The notes: a model not told the origin generated them from the sequence alone. Shown: positions 42,401 to 51,248, counted from the stretch's first letter. The stretch is DNA of 64,000 bases from Terriglobia bacterium (GCA_965198225.1 CBDAOY010000009.1:448001-512000); one strand, 5' to 3'. A program made the numbers and translations.

Positions 42401-42881
42401 GATGCTTGAGCGAACGATGGAGGAGCTGCGCACCGGAGAAGCGCCGCCCGACGTCGACACTTCCATCAATCTCCAGGCGGATTTGAGGCTCCCGTCCAGC
42501 TTCGTGTCCGACGAAGCCCTGCGGCTGCGGATCTACAAGAGCGTTGCGTCGGCGCGGACCGTTGAGGAGATCGACGAGCAGTACCGGGACCTCGAGGACC
42601 GGTTCGGAGAACTACCCGTCCAGGTTCAGAACATTCTCGAATACGCCCGGCTGCGGGTCTTTGGCCGTAGCCTGGGTATCCACTCGATCGACAGGAGGCG
42701 GGACTCTGTCGACGTCGTTTTTCACGAAAAGGCTCGCGTTAGTCCGGATCGGATCGTCCAACTCGTAGAGGAGGGTCGGAAAGTCATGTTCGCGCCGCCG
42801 GCGACGCTTCGGATCAAGGCAGCCGGATCCCGGCGGGAACTCTTCCAGACCATTCAAGACGTGTTGCAGGAACTGTCTTGA
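39408..42881 (+). CDS. mfd: Transcription-repair coupling factor
   Basis: 1157 aa; VVHVDHGIG (CarD-like domain), CGDVGYGKTEV, DEEQRFGV, TATPIPRTL, QLRGRVGR, DLELRGAGNLLG. Confidence 0.98.
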   Translation: MPELVQTRLQKLLSGILDVTDIRQIASETLKRERRVVVSGLSGSSRALMVAALWKAFKRPIILLTANDAATESLTVDVAYFHDELNDRGSDAVCSFPAWETDPYAGLTPHADTQQARAKTLWRLRAGTADVVITSVRALGGRLERPASFDSYGLQIKVGDEVSQELMLEHLATAGYLRQEPVGSVGEFSQRGGIVDVFSPLMADPARIEFFGDTVDSIREFDLDDQRSRSPIRRIDILPMQEHFVTREMYRNWASAARRRWVDDTYQSDLRDKLVFADDGEPFPGSSFLIPESYPLEAALTDYSEGAVFVLDEPELLEESYEKFFGVLEQRYSQTSTAGGIALAPENLFMPPSDLAELIERHSSLSLEELASDGSEFLIVGQPARRFHGRIREMVETIRQSFEAGTQVVLLGSTLGMAERLRDILHEYELPFRTEFGEQPIKPQEEGNAPVVAIGRLSAGFRLREVGLEVFAETDVLDETEHFAAPRRRKKASSFMSDLQDLKEGQYVVHVDHGIGLYGGITTIHDRECMALSYHEGDRLYVPLERLDLVQKYSAAEGAKPKLDKLGGTTWVARKARVKRAIRDMAHELLRLYAERKVALGHTFSPDNEWQQEFEEAFQYEETPDQLAAIVDIKRDMEAQVPMDRLICGDVGYGKTEVGMRAVFKAVSDNKQVAMLAPTTVLCFQHFETLKERFAAFPVTVAMLSRFVPPKQQKQVIRDIESGKVDVVVGTHRLLSKDVDFHDLGLLIVDEEQRFGVAHKERLKQLKKQVDVVTMTATPIPRTLHMALTGLRDMSVIETPPRDRLAINTAVVKFNTTVIQNAIDFELDRGGQVYFVHNRVQSIYSMASFVQRICPKARVGVGHGQMAEKELERIMLRFMHHEFDVLVSTTIIENGLDIAAANTMLVNRADRYGLAQLYQLRGRVGRSNRRAFAYLLIPSDKTLTPIARRRLAAIREFSELGAGFRVAALDLELRGAGNLLGGQQHGHIEAIGFDLYCQMLERTMEELRTGEAPPDVDTSINLQADLRLPSSFVSDEALRLRIYKSVASARTVEEIDEQYRDLEDRFGELPVQVQNILEYARLRVFGRSLGIHSIDRRRDSVDVVFHEKARVSPDRIVQLVEEGRKVMFAPPATLRIKAAGSRRELFQTIQDVLQELS

Positions 42882-42935
42882 TATATCCTCTTTGAGAAGA
42901 ATCTATCGTGCCCGCGAGGGCGAGTGAGGAAGCGC

Positions 42936-43937
42936 ATGCGTCGAGTATTGGTACTGTCCATAGTCGGGATCGGTCTCTGGTCCGGATTGGCCGTCGCCCA
43001 GAAGACCCTTGACGAAATCATCGCCAGGGTGAACTCCGATATCATCCTGCGTTCCGAGTACGAGGAGACGGAGCAGTCGATGGCGGAGGAACTGTCCCAG
43101 CAGTTGCAGGGTTTGCAGCTGGAACGAGCCGTCGAAGAAAGCAGCAAGGACCTGCTTCGCACGATGATTGATAATCACCTGCTGCTCCAGAAGGCGAAGG
43201 ACCTGGACATGACCGCCGACCTGGAAGTGATCAAGACCATGGAACGTCTGCGGCAGGAGTACCGCTTCGAGAGCCTCGAGGCTCTCGAGTCCGCTATCCT
43301 CCAACAAGGACAGAATATCGAGACCTTCAAGGAGAACATCGCGATGCAGTACCTCACCGGCCAGGTTCTGCAGCGCGAAGTCTACCCGAAGATCATCATC
43401 ACGACCGAAGACCTCGCGAACTACTACGAGGAGAACAAGGCCGATTTCAATCGGCCCGCGGGTATCCGTCTGCAGGAAATCGTGTTCCTGACCGCCGACA
43501 AGACGCCCGAGGAGCTGGAGGCGATCAGGGCGAAGGCTGACGAAACCCTCTTGCGCGTCCAGGGCGGAGATGATTTCGGAGAGGTTGCCAACGAGGTTTC
43601 CGAGTCCGGCACCGCCTCGAATTTTGGAGACCTCGGGTTTTTCGAGAAGGGCCAGCTCAGTGAAGACTACGAAGCAGCCGCTGCCGATCTCGCTCGCAAC
43701 GAAGTCAGCGAGGTCATCGAATTGTCGGACGCGCTCGTCATTCTGAAAGTCCCGGATCGGCACGACGGAGGTATCCTGGAGTTCGAGCTGGCGCGAAACA
43801 ATATTCAGGACCGCCTCTGGTCCGAGCGGGTCACGCCCCGCGTTCGTGACTACCTGACACGGTTGCGACTCGAGGGGTTCATCGAGATTCGCGAAGGTTA
43901 CAGCGATTCGGGTGCGGCCGAATCCAGCCGGCACTAG
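42936..43937 (+). CDS. SurA/PrsA-like parvulin peptidyl-prolyl isomerase
   Basis: Signal peptide, IIARVNSDII SurA N-domain, GDDFGEVA..VSE...GDLGFF rotamase motif. Confidence 0.85.
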   Translation: MRRVLVLSIVGIGLWSGLAVAQKTLDEIIARVNSDIILRSEYEETEQSMAEELSQQLQGLQLERAVEESSKDLLRTMIDNHLLLQKAKDLDMTADLEVIKTMERLRQEYRFESLEALESAILQQGQNIETFKENIAMQYLTGQVLQREVYPKIIITTEDLANYYEENKADFNRPAGIRLQEIVFLTADKTPEELEAIRAKADETLLRVQGGDDFGEVANEVSESGTASNFGDLGFFEKGQLSEDYEAAAADLARNEVSEVIELSDALVILKVPDRHDGGILEFELARNNIQDRLWSERVTPRVRDYLTRLRLEGFIEIREGYSDSGAAESSRH

Positions 43938-43960
43938 TCTCCGGCAGCACGCCCTCACGA

Positions 43961-44230
43961 GTGCGACTGGACCTGTTTTTGAAGTGGTGCCGTGTCATCC
44001 CCAGGCGGCCGATGGCAAAAGCCACCTGCGATGCAGGCCGCGTCCAGGTCAACGGCCGCCTCGCCAGGGCAGGTCACCAACTCCGCCTCGACGACGTTGT
44101 CACGCTCGACCTGACCAACAGGCTGTTGAAATTCAAGATCCGATCTCTGCCCGATCGACCACCCGGTAAGGTAGAATCCCGCGAAATGATCGAGGTTCTG
44201 GAGAACATCCGCAAGCGGACGGAGGGCTGA
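43961..44230 (+). CDS. S4-domain RNA-binding protein (Hsp15/YabO-like)
   Basis: MRLDLFLK..RVIPRR..AK..CDAGRVQVNG. Confidence 0.88.
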   Translation: MRLDLFLKWCRVIPRRPMAKATCDAGRVQVNGRLARAGHQLRLDDVVTLDLTNRLLKFKIRSLPDRPPGKVESREMIEVLENIRKRTEG

Positions 44231-44231
44231 G

Positions 44232-44591
44232 ATGCTCACGCCGCTGGAACTGGCAATCATGAAGTCGCTGTGGCGACGGGGAGAGGCCACGGTTCGCCAG
44301 GTTCAGGACGACCTGGTAGCTGACAGAGGGCTGGCCTACACGACGGTCATGACCGTGATGGATCGGCTGTTCAAGAAGGAGTTGGTGGAGCGGCGCAAGA
44401 AGTCGAGAGCACACGTGTACCGACCGGTCGTGACCGAGGCGCAAGCACGGAGGGAAGCAGTCGGAGTGCTCCTTGACGGATTTTTCAGGGGCTCCCAGGC
44501 TAGTCTTCGGTCCTACCTGTCCGGAAGGGAACCCACTGCGCCCCCGCACCCATCGAAGGACGCTCCACCCCTCGACGACACCCTGCTCTAG
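44232..44591 (+). CDS. BlaI/MecI/CopY family transcriptional regulator
   Basis: LTPLELAIMKSLW..GEATVRQV...LAYTTVMTVMDRL..K.LV.R....RAHVY.P. Confidence 0.9.
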   Translation: MLTPLELAIMKSLWRRGEATVRQVQDDLVADRGLAYTTVMTVMDRLFKKELVERRKKSRAHVYRPVVTEAQARREAVGVLLDGFFRGSQASLRSYLSGREPTAPPHPSKDAPPLDDTLL

Positions 44592-44600
44592 CAGAGAAGA

Positions 44601-44696
44601 AGGCCACGGATTCCACGGAGAGGAGAAGCCTGTGGTCTTCCCTCAGAAAAACCACTCCTAATCCGCTAAATCCGTGCAATCCGTGGCTGGATTCCG
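44601..44696. repeat. 9-mer ATCCGTGGC/GCCACGGAT inverted repeat cluster
   Basis: GCCACGGATTCCACGG ... AATCCGCTAAATCCGTGCAATCCGTGGC; same family at 45847-45900 and 63342-63488. Confidence 0.7.
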
Positions 44697-44771
44697 TTCA
44701 TCGAGGAAGTTTGCAGTGGACGGCTGGCGACTCTTGTCTTGAACGCTGAACGCTGATCGCTGACAGCTTGA

Positions 44772-45563
44772 CTATTCTTCCTTCTTGAAGAGGATGTCGT
44801 AGAGCTGCTTCTTGCTTATTCCGGTTTGCGCGGACAACAACTTGAGCAGTTGCTTGCGTGTCAGGCCGGACACGTCGATACGGTCGGACTTCGAATCCCG
44901 GTTCCCTTCGACCACGATGACGAATTCCCCTTTTTCGACAACCCGGGGCAGAATCTCCGAGATTTGTCCGGACAGATGCTCCTCATGAATCTTGGTCAAC
45001 TCCCGGCCCACGAAGATCTCCCTGTCCCCGAGTACCTCCAGCATGTCTTCCAGGGCGGAGCGAATGCGGCGCGGTGTTTCGAAGAAGATCAACGTGGAAG
45101 GAACGGATTCGTACGAAGCGAGCTTGCGGCGGCGATGGCTCTGCCGCGCCGGCAGAAAGCCTCCGAAAGAGAAGGCATCACTCGGCAGGCCCGAGACCGA
45201 TAGCGCGGCCACGCTGGCCGACGGGCCCGGTACCGGTATGATCGAGATTTCACGTGCGCGGCACAGCCGAATCAGGCGGTATCCGGGGTCCGCCACCGTC
45301 GGTGTGCCCGCATCGGATATCAGTGCCACGTCGGCGCCCGAGGAGATGCGTGCGGCAAGCTCTTCAGCCTTTTCCGCTTCGTTGAACTCGTGATAGCTCT
45401 CCAGCGGACGGCGGATTCCGTAATGATTGAGCAGCTTCACGGACCGCCGTGTGTCCTCGCACGCAACGAGATCCACCTTTGCAAGGAGTGACGCGGCCCG
45501 ATGAGACAAATCAGCGAGATTGCCGATCGGCGTTGCGACGACGTAGAGGGTGCCTTTTGACAT
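44772..45563 (-). CDS. rsmI: 16S rRNA (cytidine1402-2'-O)-methyltransferase
   Basis: LYVVATPIGNL.D, ACEDTR, SDAGTP...DPG, RELTKIHEE. Confidence 0.96.
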   Translation of the reverse strand: MSKGTLYVVATPIGNLADLSHRAASLLAKVDLVACEDTRRSVKLLNHYGIRRPLESYHEFNEAEKAEELAARISSGADVALISDAGTPTVADPGYRLIRLCRAREISIIPVPGPSASVAALSVSGLPSDAFSFGGFLPARQSHRRRKLASYESVPSTLIFFETPRRIRSALEDMLEVLGDREIFVGRELTKIHEEHLSGQISEILPRVVEKGEFVIVVEGNRDSKSDRIDVSGLTRKQLLKLLSAQTGISKKQLYDILFKKEE

Positions 45564-45594
45564 CGAAAGAAGTCACTTTGAGCTGGTTTTGAGC

Positions 45595-45622
45595 TTGACT
45601 CGTCCGGCTGGCTCGCTACAAT
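45595..45622 (+). promoter_or_regulatory. Sigma70-type promoter
   Basis: TTGACT (45595-600), 16 bp, TACAAT (45617-22), divergent from rsmI. Confidence 0.6.
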
Positions 45623-45627
45623 AGGTA

Positions 45628-45836
45628 GCTTGGTATACGCCTAAGGGACTAGAGATTGAATCTGAGTCTTGACGAGTACCGAAAGGAAGCAACAAACCTA
45701 CCATAATGCCCAATCAATAATAGCCACTGCTCACTTTTAAGAGCAGTCCTGCTTAAATAGCGTAGCTATTCTTCTTATTGATATCCTCACTTGAATACAT
45801 GGCCCCGGTTCTGGCAAGAACCGGGGCTTCCTCTTT
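45628..45836 (+). ncRNA. Candidate small RNA gene, family unknown
   Basis: AT-rich ~200 nt with no meaningful ORF, between the promoter above and a strong terminator; several nested hairpins. Confidence 0.5.
45802..45836 (+). terminator. Rho-independent terminator
   Basis: GCCCCGGTTCT-GGCA-AGAACCGGGGC (11-bp stem, GNRA loop) followed by TTCCTCTTT. Confidence 0.75.
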
Positions 45837-45887
45837 GGCGTCTCGTAATCCGCTAAATCCGCGCAATCCGTGGCTGAATCCGTCCGC

Positions 45888-46085
45888 GCAACCCGTGGCT
45901 TACGGGTCTAAAGAACGCAGGTACTCGCGGAAGTCGGCCCCCAGGTCGTCTCGTTTCAAGGCCATCTCGACGGTGGCTTTGAGGAAGCAACCCGTGGCTT
46001 ACGGGTCTAAAGAACGCAGGTACTCGCGGAAGTCGGCCCCCAGGTCGTCTCGTTTCAAGGCCATCTCGACGGTGGCTTTGAGGAA
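45888..46085. repeat. Perfect 99-bp tandem duplication of the galU 3' end
   Basis: 45888-45986 is identical to 45987-46085. Confidence 0.92.
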
Positions 46086-46871
46086 GCCGAGTTTGTCACC
46101 TGCATCGTAGCGCGTGCCCTCGAACATGTAGGCATAGACCGGTTGCTGCTCCAGCAACATGCGAATCGCGTCGGTCAGTTGAATTTCGCCGCCGCGGCCG
46201 ACATCGGTGCGCTCGAGGGTGTGAAAGATTTCAGGGGTCAGGAGATAACGGCCGATGATGGCCAGGTCGGAAGGCGCCTCGGCGGCTTCAGGTTTCTCGA
46301 CGACGTCCTGGATTCGGAAGACACGGTCTTCGTAACCGTCCAGCGGGTAGCCCTGGATGATCCCGTAGTGTGAGACTTCATCGGTGGGCACCCGGCAGGT
46401 TGCGATCATCGACGACTGAAGCTTGTCGAACAAATCCGTCATCTGCTTCAGACAAGGTGTCTCCGAGTCAATGATGTCGTCGCCAAGCAGCACTGCGAAG
46501 GGCTCTGCTCCGACCGACTCCCGAGCCATCATAATCGCGTGTCCGAGTCCCAGCGCTTCTTTCTGCCGGACGTAGGAGACGTTTACCATGTTCGAGATCT
46601 GGTTCATCTCGGCCAGCTCCGCGGTCTTACCGCGTTCTTCAAGGATGCGTTCCAACTCGAAGGACACATCGAAGTGATCCTCGATCGCGTTCTTGCCTCG
46701 GCCGGTTACGATCGTGATGTTGCGGATTCCCGACGCGACCGCCTCCTCGACCACGTACTGGATTAGCGGTTTGTCGACGAGCGGCATCATTTCTTTGGGC
46801 TGAGCTTTCGTTGCGGGAAGAAAACGGGTACCGAGCCCGGCTGCCGGGAAGACGGCCTTTCGGATCTGCAT
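45999..46871 (-). CDS. galU: UTP-glucose-1-phosphate uridylyltransferase
   Basis: KAVFPAAGLGTRFLPATKAQPKEM, GLGHA, VEKP, GEIQLTDA. Confidence 0.97.
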   Translation of the reverse strand: MQIRKAVFPAAGLGTRFLPATKAQPKEMMPLVDKPLIQYVVEEAVASGIRNITIVTGRGKNAIEDHFDVSFELERILEERGKTAELAEMNQISNMVNVSYVRQKEALGLGHAIMMARESVGAEPFAVLLGDDIIDSETPCLKQMTDLFDKLQSSMIATCRVPTDEVSHYGIIQGYPLDGYEDRVFRIQDVVEKPEAAEAPSDLAIIGRYLLTPEIFHTLERTDVGRGGEIQLTDAIRMLLEQQPVYAYMFEGTRYDAGDKLGFLKATVEMALKRDDLGADFREYLRSLDP

Positions 46872-46965
46872 GGTGCTGGAGAGGCCGTGAGCGACGTTGG
46901 TCAAGAGCTGATCCTCCAAAAAGGCGATTGTAACGCCATTTCGGAGGGCGGGCGCCCGCGCCCAC

Positions 46966-47895
46966 TCATTTCAAGGAACCTGTTCCGGGCGGGTGTGTCG
47001 ACGGCAACGCGGTTTCCCGTGCGACGCGGACAGTGTTGACGTGGATCGTGACCGTATCGTTTGTATTCTGGGCGTAGCCGCCCGCGAGGACGACGGCGCA
47101 CGCGACACCTTGATCTGCACATGCTTCGAGAACCGTGCGATCACGATTCGCCAGCCCGTCGATAGTCAGCCCCAGCCCTCCGAGCATGTCCTGACGGTAG
47201 GGATCGGCGCCGGCCAGGTAGAAGACCAGGTCCGGGGAGGCGTCGTCGAATCCGGTTGCGATCGCGCGCTCCAATTCCCGAGCGTACTCCTGATCGGTGC
47301 AGCCATCGCGAAGCGGGACATCGATGTCGCTCGGCGGCTTGACGGCCGGGTAGTTGTCAGCCTGATGCAGCGAGATCGTTGTCACGCGGGGGTCCTGTCT
47401 GAATATGAACGCCGTGCCGTTGCCGTGATGGACGTCGCAATCGATGGTCATGGCCGTCTCGATCTTCTTCCTCTTTTGGAGCACCCGGATCGCAACGGCA
47501 ACGTCATTGACCAGACAGAATCCTTCGGCGTGGTCGGGAAAGGCATGATGAAACCCCCCGGACAGGTTCATCGAACGGCCCTCCTCGCAAGCAAGCTCGC
47601 CTGCGAGCAGCGTGCCGCCGGTGGCAAGCCAGAAAGCATCCACCAGCGCGGGCGAAAACGGGACCTCCGCGGCCCTGAGCTCGCCCTCGGCCAGCATGCC
47701 CGTCTTCAGCTTCTGGAGATAGTTGAAGTCATGGACAGTGAGAATGTCTTCGTCGGTCGCGGGGTTGGGGGTCACGAAGGCCGCGGCCTCGACAAATGCC
47801 CGAGTCTCCTCATACACGAGACGATATTTCTGGATGGGAAAGATATGCGTTTCTCCGAAGTTGAGGAAGTAGTCTGGCGAGTAGACGATCTTCAT
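46966..47895 (-). CDS. Histone deacetylase family protein
   Basis: GGFHHA..DHAEGFC..ND, IDCDVHHGNGT, AGADPY..D.LG, GGY. Confidence 0.93.
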   Translation of the reverse strand: MKIVYSPDYFLNFGETHIFPIQKYRLVYEETRAFVEAAAFVTPNPATDEDILTVHDFNYLQKLKTGMLAEGELRAAEVPFSPALVDAFWLATGGTLLAGELACEEGRSMNLSGGFHHAFPDHAEGFCLVNDVAVAIRVLQKRKKIETAMTIDCDVHHGNGTAFIFRQDPRVTTISLHQADNYPAVKPPSDIDVPLRDGCTDQEYARELERAIATGFDDASPDLVFYLAGADPYRQDMLGGLGLTIDGLANRDRTVLEACADQGVACAVVLAGGYAQNTNDTVTIHVNTVRVARETALPSTHPPGTGSLK

Positions 47896-47905
47896 TGGAA
47901 TCGCA

Positions 47906-48047
47906 GGCCGTTGTCCGTTGTCGAGCCCGCGCAGCGAGGATTATGGCTCGAACTCTTTTGTTCTCGACGACAAGAACTGACGGGTGACGAGTGGATCGAT
48001 GAGAAGCTGAACCGAACCGCACAACGGGCAACGGCCTACGGCCTACG
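47906..48047. repeat. Heptamer-armed inverted element (CCGTTGT/CAACGG arms)
   Basis: Homologous to the reverse complement of 55929-56082 (TATGGCTCGAA...CTGACG...GATCGATGAGA.GCTGAACCGAACCGC). Confidence 0.75.
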
Positions 48048-48050
48048 AAA

Positions 48051-48842
48051 CTACAAAAGCCCTTGAACCGCGCCTCCATCGATGGGAATCGTGGTGCCCG
48101 TAATATAGCTGGCCCGCTCCGAAGCCAGGAAGGCGACAAGGGCGGCGAACTCTGCGGTATTGCCGATGCGCCCCAGCGGGATCGTCGACTCCCAGTTTCG
48201 GAGGACGTCCTCCCTCGACACGCCTGTGCGTTCTGCGGTGGCGTTCGCGAGTTGTTCCACCCGTTCGGTCATGGTGAATCCCGGACAGACATTGTTGACC
48301 AGAATATTGTCCGGTCCGAGTTCCTTCGAGAGAGTCTTCGCCAGCCCGACCACACCGGCCCTCAGGCTGTTTGACAGCAGCAATCCGTCTACCGGCTGCT
48401 TGACCGAGATCGAGGTGACGTTGATGATACGCCCCCACCGGTTCGCCTTCATGTAGGGTATGGCTGCCCGGCAGAGGTTCACAACACTCAACAGGTTCAG
48501 ATGGAAGGCGGCCGCCCACGCCGAGTTCTCGAGCGTGTCGAAGGTCCCCGGCGGCGGGCCGCCTGCGTTGGTGACGAGGATGTCGATCGTGCCGAACCGG
48601 CCCGCAACCTCGGAAACCAGCTTCTCGACGTCTTCGGTCAGGGAAACATCGGCTCTCAGCCCAAAAACCTCGCTGCCGGTTTCGCCGGCAATTTCGCCCG
48701 CCACTTGTGTGATAAGGGCTTCGTTCCTGGAGCAGATGGCAACCCGCGCGCCTTCGCGGGCGAGTTCTTCGGCCACGGCCCGGCCCAGGCCCTTGCTGGC
48801 GGCTGCCACAAGAGCCGCTTTGTTCTGAAGTCTTAAATCCAT
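48051..48842 (-). CDS. SDR family oxidoreductase
   Basis: AASKGLG, NAGGPPPG, LSNSLRAG, VCPG, IPLGRIG. Confidence 0.92.
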   Translation of the reverse strand: MDLRLQNKAALVAAASKGLGRAVAEELAREGARVAICSRNEALITQVAGEIAGETGSEVFGLRADVSLTEDVEKLVSEVAGRFGTIDILVTNAGGPPPGTFDTLENSAWAAAFHLNLLSVVNLCRAAIPYMKANRWGRIINVTSISVKQPVDGLLLSNSLRAGVVGLAKTLSKELGPDNILVNNVCPGFTMTERVEQLANATAERTGVSREDVLRNWESTIPLGRIGNTAEFAALVAFLASERASYITGTTIPIDGGAVQGLL

Positions 48843-48858
48843 CGATGGTCCTTAGCAG

Positions 48859-49230
48859 CTAGGTGTTCCTGAGGTAGTCGTCGGTCTTGTCCAGCCAGTC
48901 CTGCCGTATCGGCGAAAACACGTCCAGGTCCAGCGTGTCTTCGAGCGCTTCGGCCCCATGAACGACGTTGGACGGAATGTGCAGGACTTCGCCCTCACGG
49001 ACGATGATCTCGCGTCCCTCGATGTCGAACTTGAGTGCCCCTTCGAGAACATAGGTCACCTGTTCGTTCTCATGGCTGTGAGCGGGCACGACGCTTCCCG
49101 CCTTCAGGATGACGTGTGCCAGCATCACGCGGTCGCCCGTCACGAGTTTTCTGGATATCGCCGGGTTGAGAGTTTCGAGTTCGATTTCGTCCCAACGGTA
49201 GTGCGTCGAGCGTTGTTCTGCTTCTTCCAT
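48859..49230 (-). CDS. Cupin domain protein
   Basis: VPAHSHENEQ...IPSNVVHGAEA...DVFSPIRQDW. Confidence 0.88.
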   Translation of the reverse strand: MEEAEQRSTHYRWDEIELETLNPAISRKLVTGDRVMLAHVILKAGSVVPAHSHENEQVTYVLEGALKFDIEGREIIVREGEVLHIPSNVVHGAEALEDTLDLDVFSPIRQDWLDKTDDYLRNT

Positions 49231-49241
49231 CGTAGCGCCTC

Positions 49242-50042
49242 CTAATCGATGATCATCCCCATACGGAACCAGCGTGTGCGGGAGAAAAAGTGTGCGGCTA
49301 TCGAAAAATAGGCCTCGACGCGCTCCCTCCAGGAGCGGCGGCCGGGCACATACGGATCGCTCCGGTAGGACCAGTAGATGAACAGGGGCTTGCCCATGAT
49401 GTCCTCGCGCTGGATGAAGCCCCAGTACCGACTGTCGTTGCTGTTGTCCCGATTGTCGCCCATCACGAAGTATGAATTCTCCGGCAATGTGACCGGTCCG
49501 TAGTTGTCGCGGGCCTGGAGTTCGCTCGAGGTCCAAGGGTCGGCCCGATAGATAGAAGAATCAACGTGGATCTTGTAGGGCTCGTCGAGTTGTTCGGCGT
49601 TGACCAAGACGTTCTTGTCGCGGATTTCTACCTTGTCGCCGGGCAGCGCGATCAGGCGTTTGACGAAAGGGATGTCTCCTTGCGTCGGAGAACGGAAAGC
49701 GACGATATCGCCGCGTTCGAGGCTGCGCCGCGGCAGATACGAGCGGATGAAATCCGGGTAGTTTGCGACGAAAGCCAACTTGTCGAGGAAGAAGTGATCC
49801 CCGACCATGATGGTGGGCTTCATCGACTCGGTCGGGACTTGCGTCGCCTGGGCGACGAAGCTTGTAAAGATCAGGACGAAAATGATGGTGAAGGTGAGGC
49901 TCTCGACCCACTCCCTGACCTGACCCTTACCGATCGGGGCAGGGTCGGCTCGGTTCGCGACTGCCGTTGAATCGAATACGACGAGTTCACCGACGCCAAC
50001 GTCCGGACGGCCATGCTCGAGCGCTCGCAAGTCTTCGCTCAT
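49242..50042 (-). CDS. lepB: Signal peptidase I
   Basis: VPTESMKPTI..GD, FVKRLIALPGD, YFVMGDNRDNSNDSRYWG. Confidence 0.95.
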   Translation of the reverse strand: MSEDLRALEHGRPDVGVGELVVFDSTAVANRADPAPIGKGQVREWVESLTFTIIFVLIFTSFVAQATQVPTESMKPTIMVGDHFFLDKLAFVANYPDFIRSYLPRRSLERGDIVAFRSPTQGDIPFVKRLIALPGDKVEIRDKNVLVNAEQLDEPYKIHVDSSIYRADPWTSSELQARDNYGPVTLPENSYFVMGDNRDNSNDSRYWGFIQREDIMGKPLFIYWSYRSDPYVPGRRSWRERVEAYFSIAAHFFSRTRWFRMGMIID

Positions 50043-50485
50043 TGAAGCTTTGCTTGTACGAGGCCGCTGACCCTGCCACCGTCGACGGTTTTTCCCGAGA
50101 GCAATGCCATGGTCGCCTTCATCACCCTGCCCATGTCTTTCGGCCCCTCGGCCCCCGTTTCGGAAATTGCCCCCTCGATCGCCACCTGAATCTCTTCATC
50201 GGTTGCCGGCGGAGGCAGGTACGCTTCGATCACCCCGATCTCTTGTTCTTCCTTCTCTGCCAATTCGATGCGTCCACCCTTGCGGAACTGTGCCGCGGAA
50301 TCCCGACGCTGCTTCACGAGGGTGTTCAGAACAGCCAGCACCTCGTTGTCGTTCAGTGTTTCGCGCTTCTCGATTTCCTTGTGCGTCACTGCGGTCTTGA
50401 CCATCCGCAGGACGCCCAATTTCAGCGCTTCCCTGGCTTTCATGGCAGATGCGAGATCTGCCTGGATTCTCTCCTGTAAAACCAC
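50039..50485 (-). CDS. GatB/YqeY domain protein
   Basis: AMKARE...VLRM, KQRRDSA.QF..GGR.ELAEKE..E...I..YLP, KDMGRVM. Confidence 0.92.
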   Translation of the reverse strand: MVLQERIQADLASAMKAREALKLGVLRMVKTAVTHKEIEKRETLNDNEVLAVLNTLVKQRRDSAAQFRKGGRIELAEKEEQEIGVIEAYLPPPATDEEIQVAIEGAISETGAEGPKDMGRVMKATMALLSGKTVDGGRVSGLVQAKLQ

Positions 50486-50636
50486 GTCCTATCTCCCGTG
50501 TGGGCGGTCGTCGAATTAGGGAGGGATAGTCATCGGCCGGTCCGGGATAGTTCCCGCGTCCTCCCCGAAGTATCTTAGCAGCCCGATGCAGAAGTCTGGT
50601 TCGCCCGACGCGGCACGATCAGACTTTTGCCGGCCC

Positions 50637-51164
50637 TCAGGCGTCCAGCTCGACGGTCCAGTACAGATAGTCTCGCCAGCTGTCGGGAGGTGACTTGATC
50701 CTGAACGTGATGTGGTAGGCCGGGAGCCATCGAGGTTCGGTGGGCCGCCGGATGAGTTCCATACCGGCCTGTTCGGGCGTGCGGCCTCCCTTCCGGTGGT
50801 TGCACCTGAAGCAGGCGGTCACGATGTTGTCCCACTTCTTCTTGCCGCCCCTCGCGACCGGGATCACGTGATCGAAAGTCAGGTCCTCGGTCGGGGACTT
50901 CTTGCCGCAATACTGGCACTTGTACTCGTCCCTGGCGTAGATGTTCGCGCGCGAGAACTTGACGCGGTGCCGAGTTTTGACCCGGGCGTACTTGATCAGC
51001 CGGCAGATGGAAGGAAGCTTGATCGAAAACGTGACACTGTGCACCTCGCGGTCGTACTCGTCGATGACCTCCACCTTGCCTGCGAACAGCAGGGTCAGCG
51101 CTCTCTTCCACGAAATGATGCGGAGCGGTTCGTAGGACGCATTGAGCAGCAGCGTAGCTTGCAT
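50637..51164 (-). CDS. Standalone HNH endonuclease (McrA-like)
   Basis: LLLNASYEPL, FSRANIYARD..CQYCG, TFDHVIP, WDNIVTAC..CN.RKG.RTP. Confidence 0.9.
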   Translation of the reverse strand: MQATLLLNASYEPLRIISWKRALTLLFAGKVEVIDEYDREVHSVTFSIKLPSICRLIKYARVKTRHRVKFSRANIYARDEYKCQYCGKKSPTEDLTFDHVIPVARGGKKKWDNIVTACFRCNHRKGGRTPEQAGMELIRRPTEPRWLPAYHITFRIKSPPDSWRDYLYWTVELDA

Positions 51165-51248
51165 TCGATTCTTCTATTCCTCCACCTGCCGGACCGGCGC
51201 AGCGGCGGTATGGGCCAGTCAGGAAAATTCTTAGCGACGACCGTGGCT

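Noticed and set aside
45628-45836. tmRNA or RNase P RNA next to rsmI
   Set aside because: No GGGG...CCACCA tRNA-like ends, no tag frame ending in AA*, and no GAGGAAAGTCC motif; kept only as an unknown sRNA candidate.
50637-51164. HNH endonuclease as part of a defence or RNA-guided system
   Set aside because: Common stand-alone McrA-like family; no adjacent methylase, array, transposon ends or guide-like RNA were seen.
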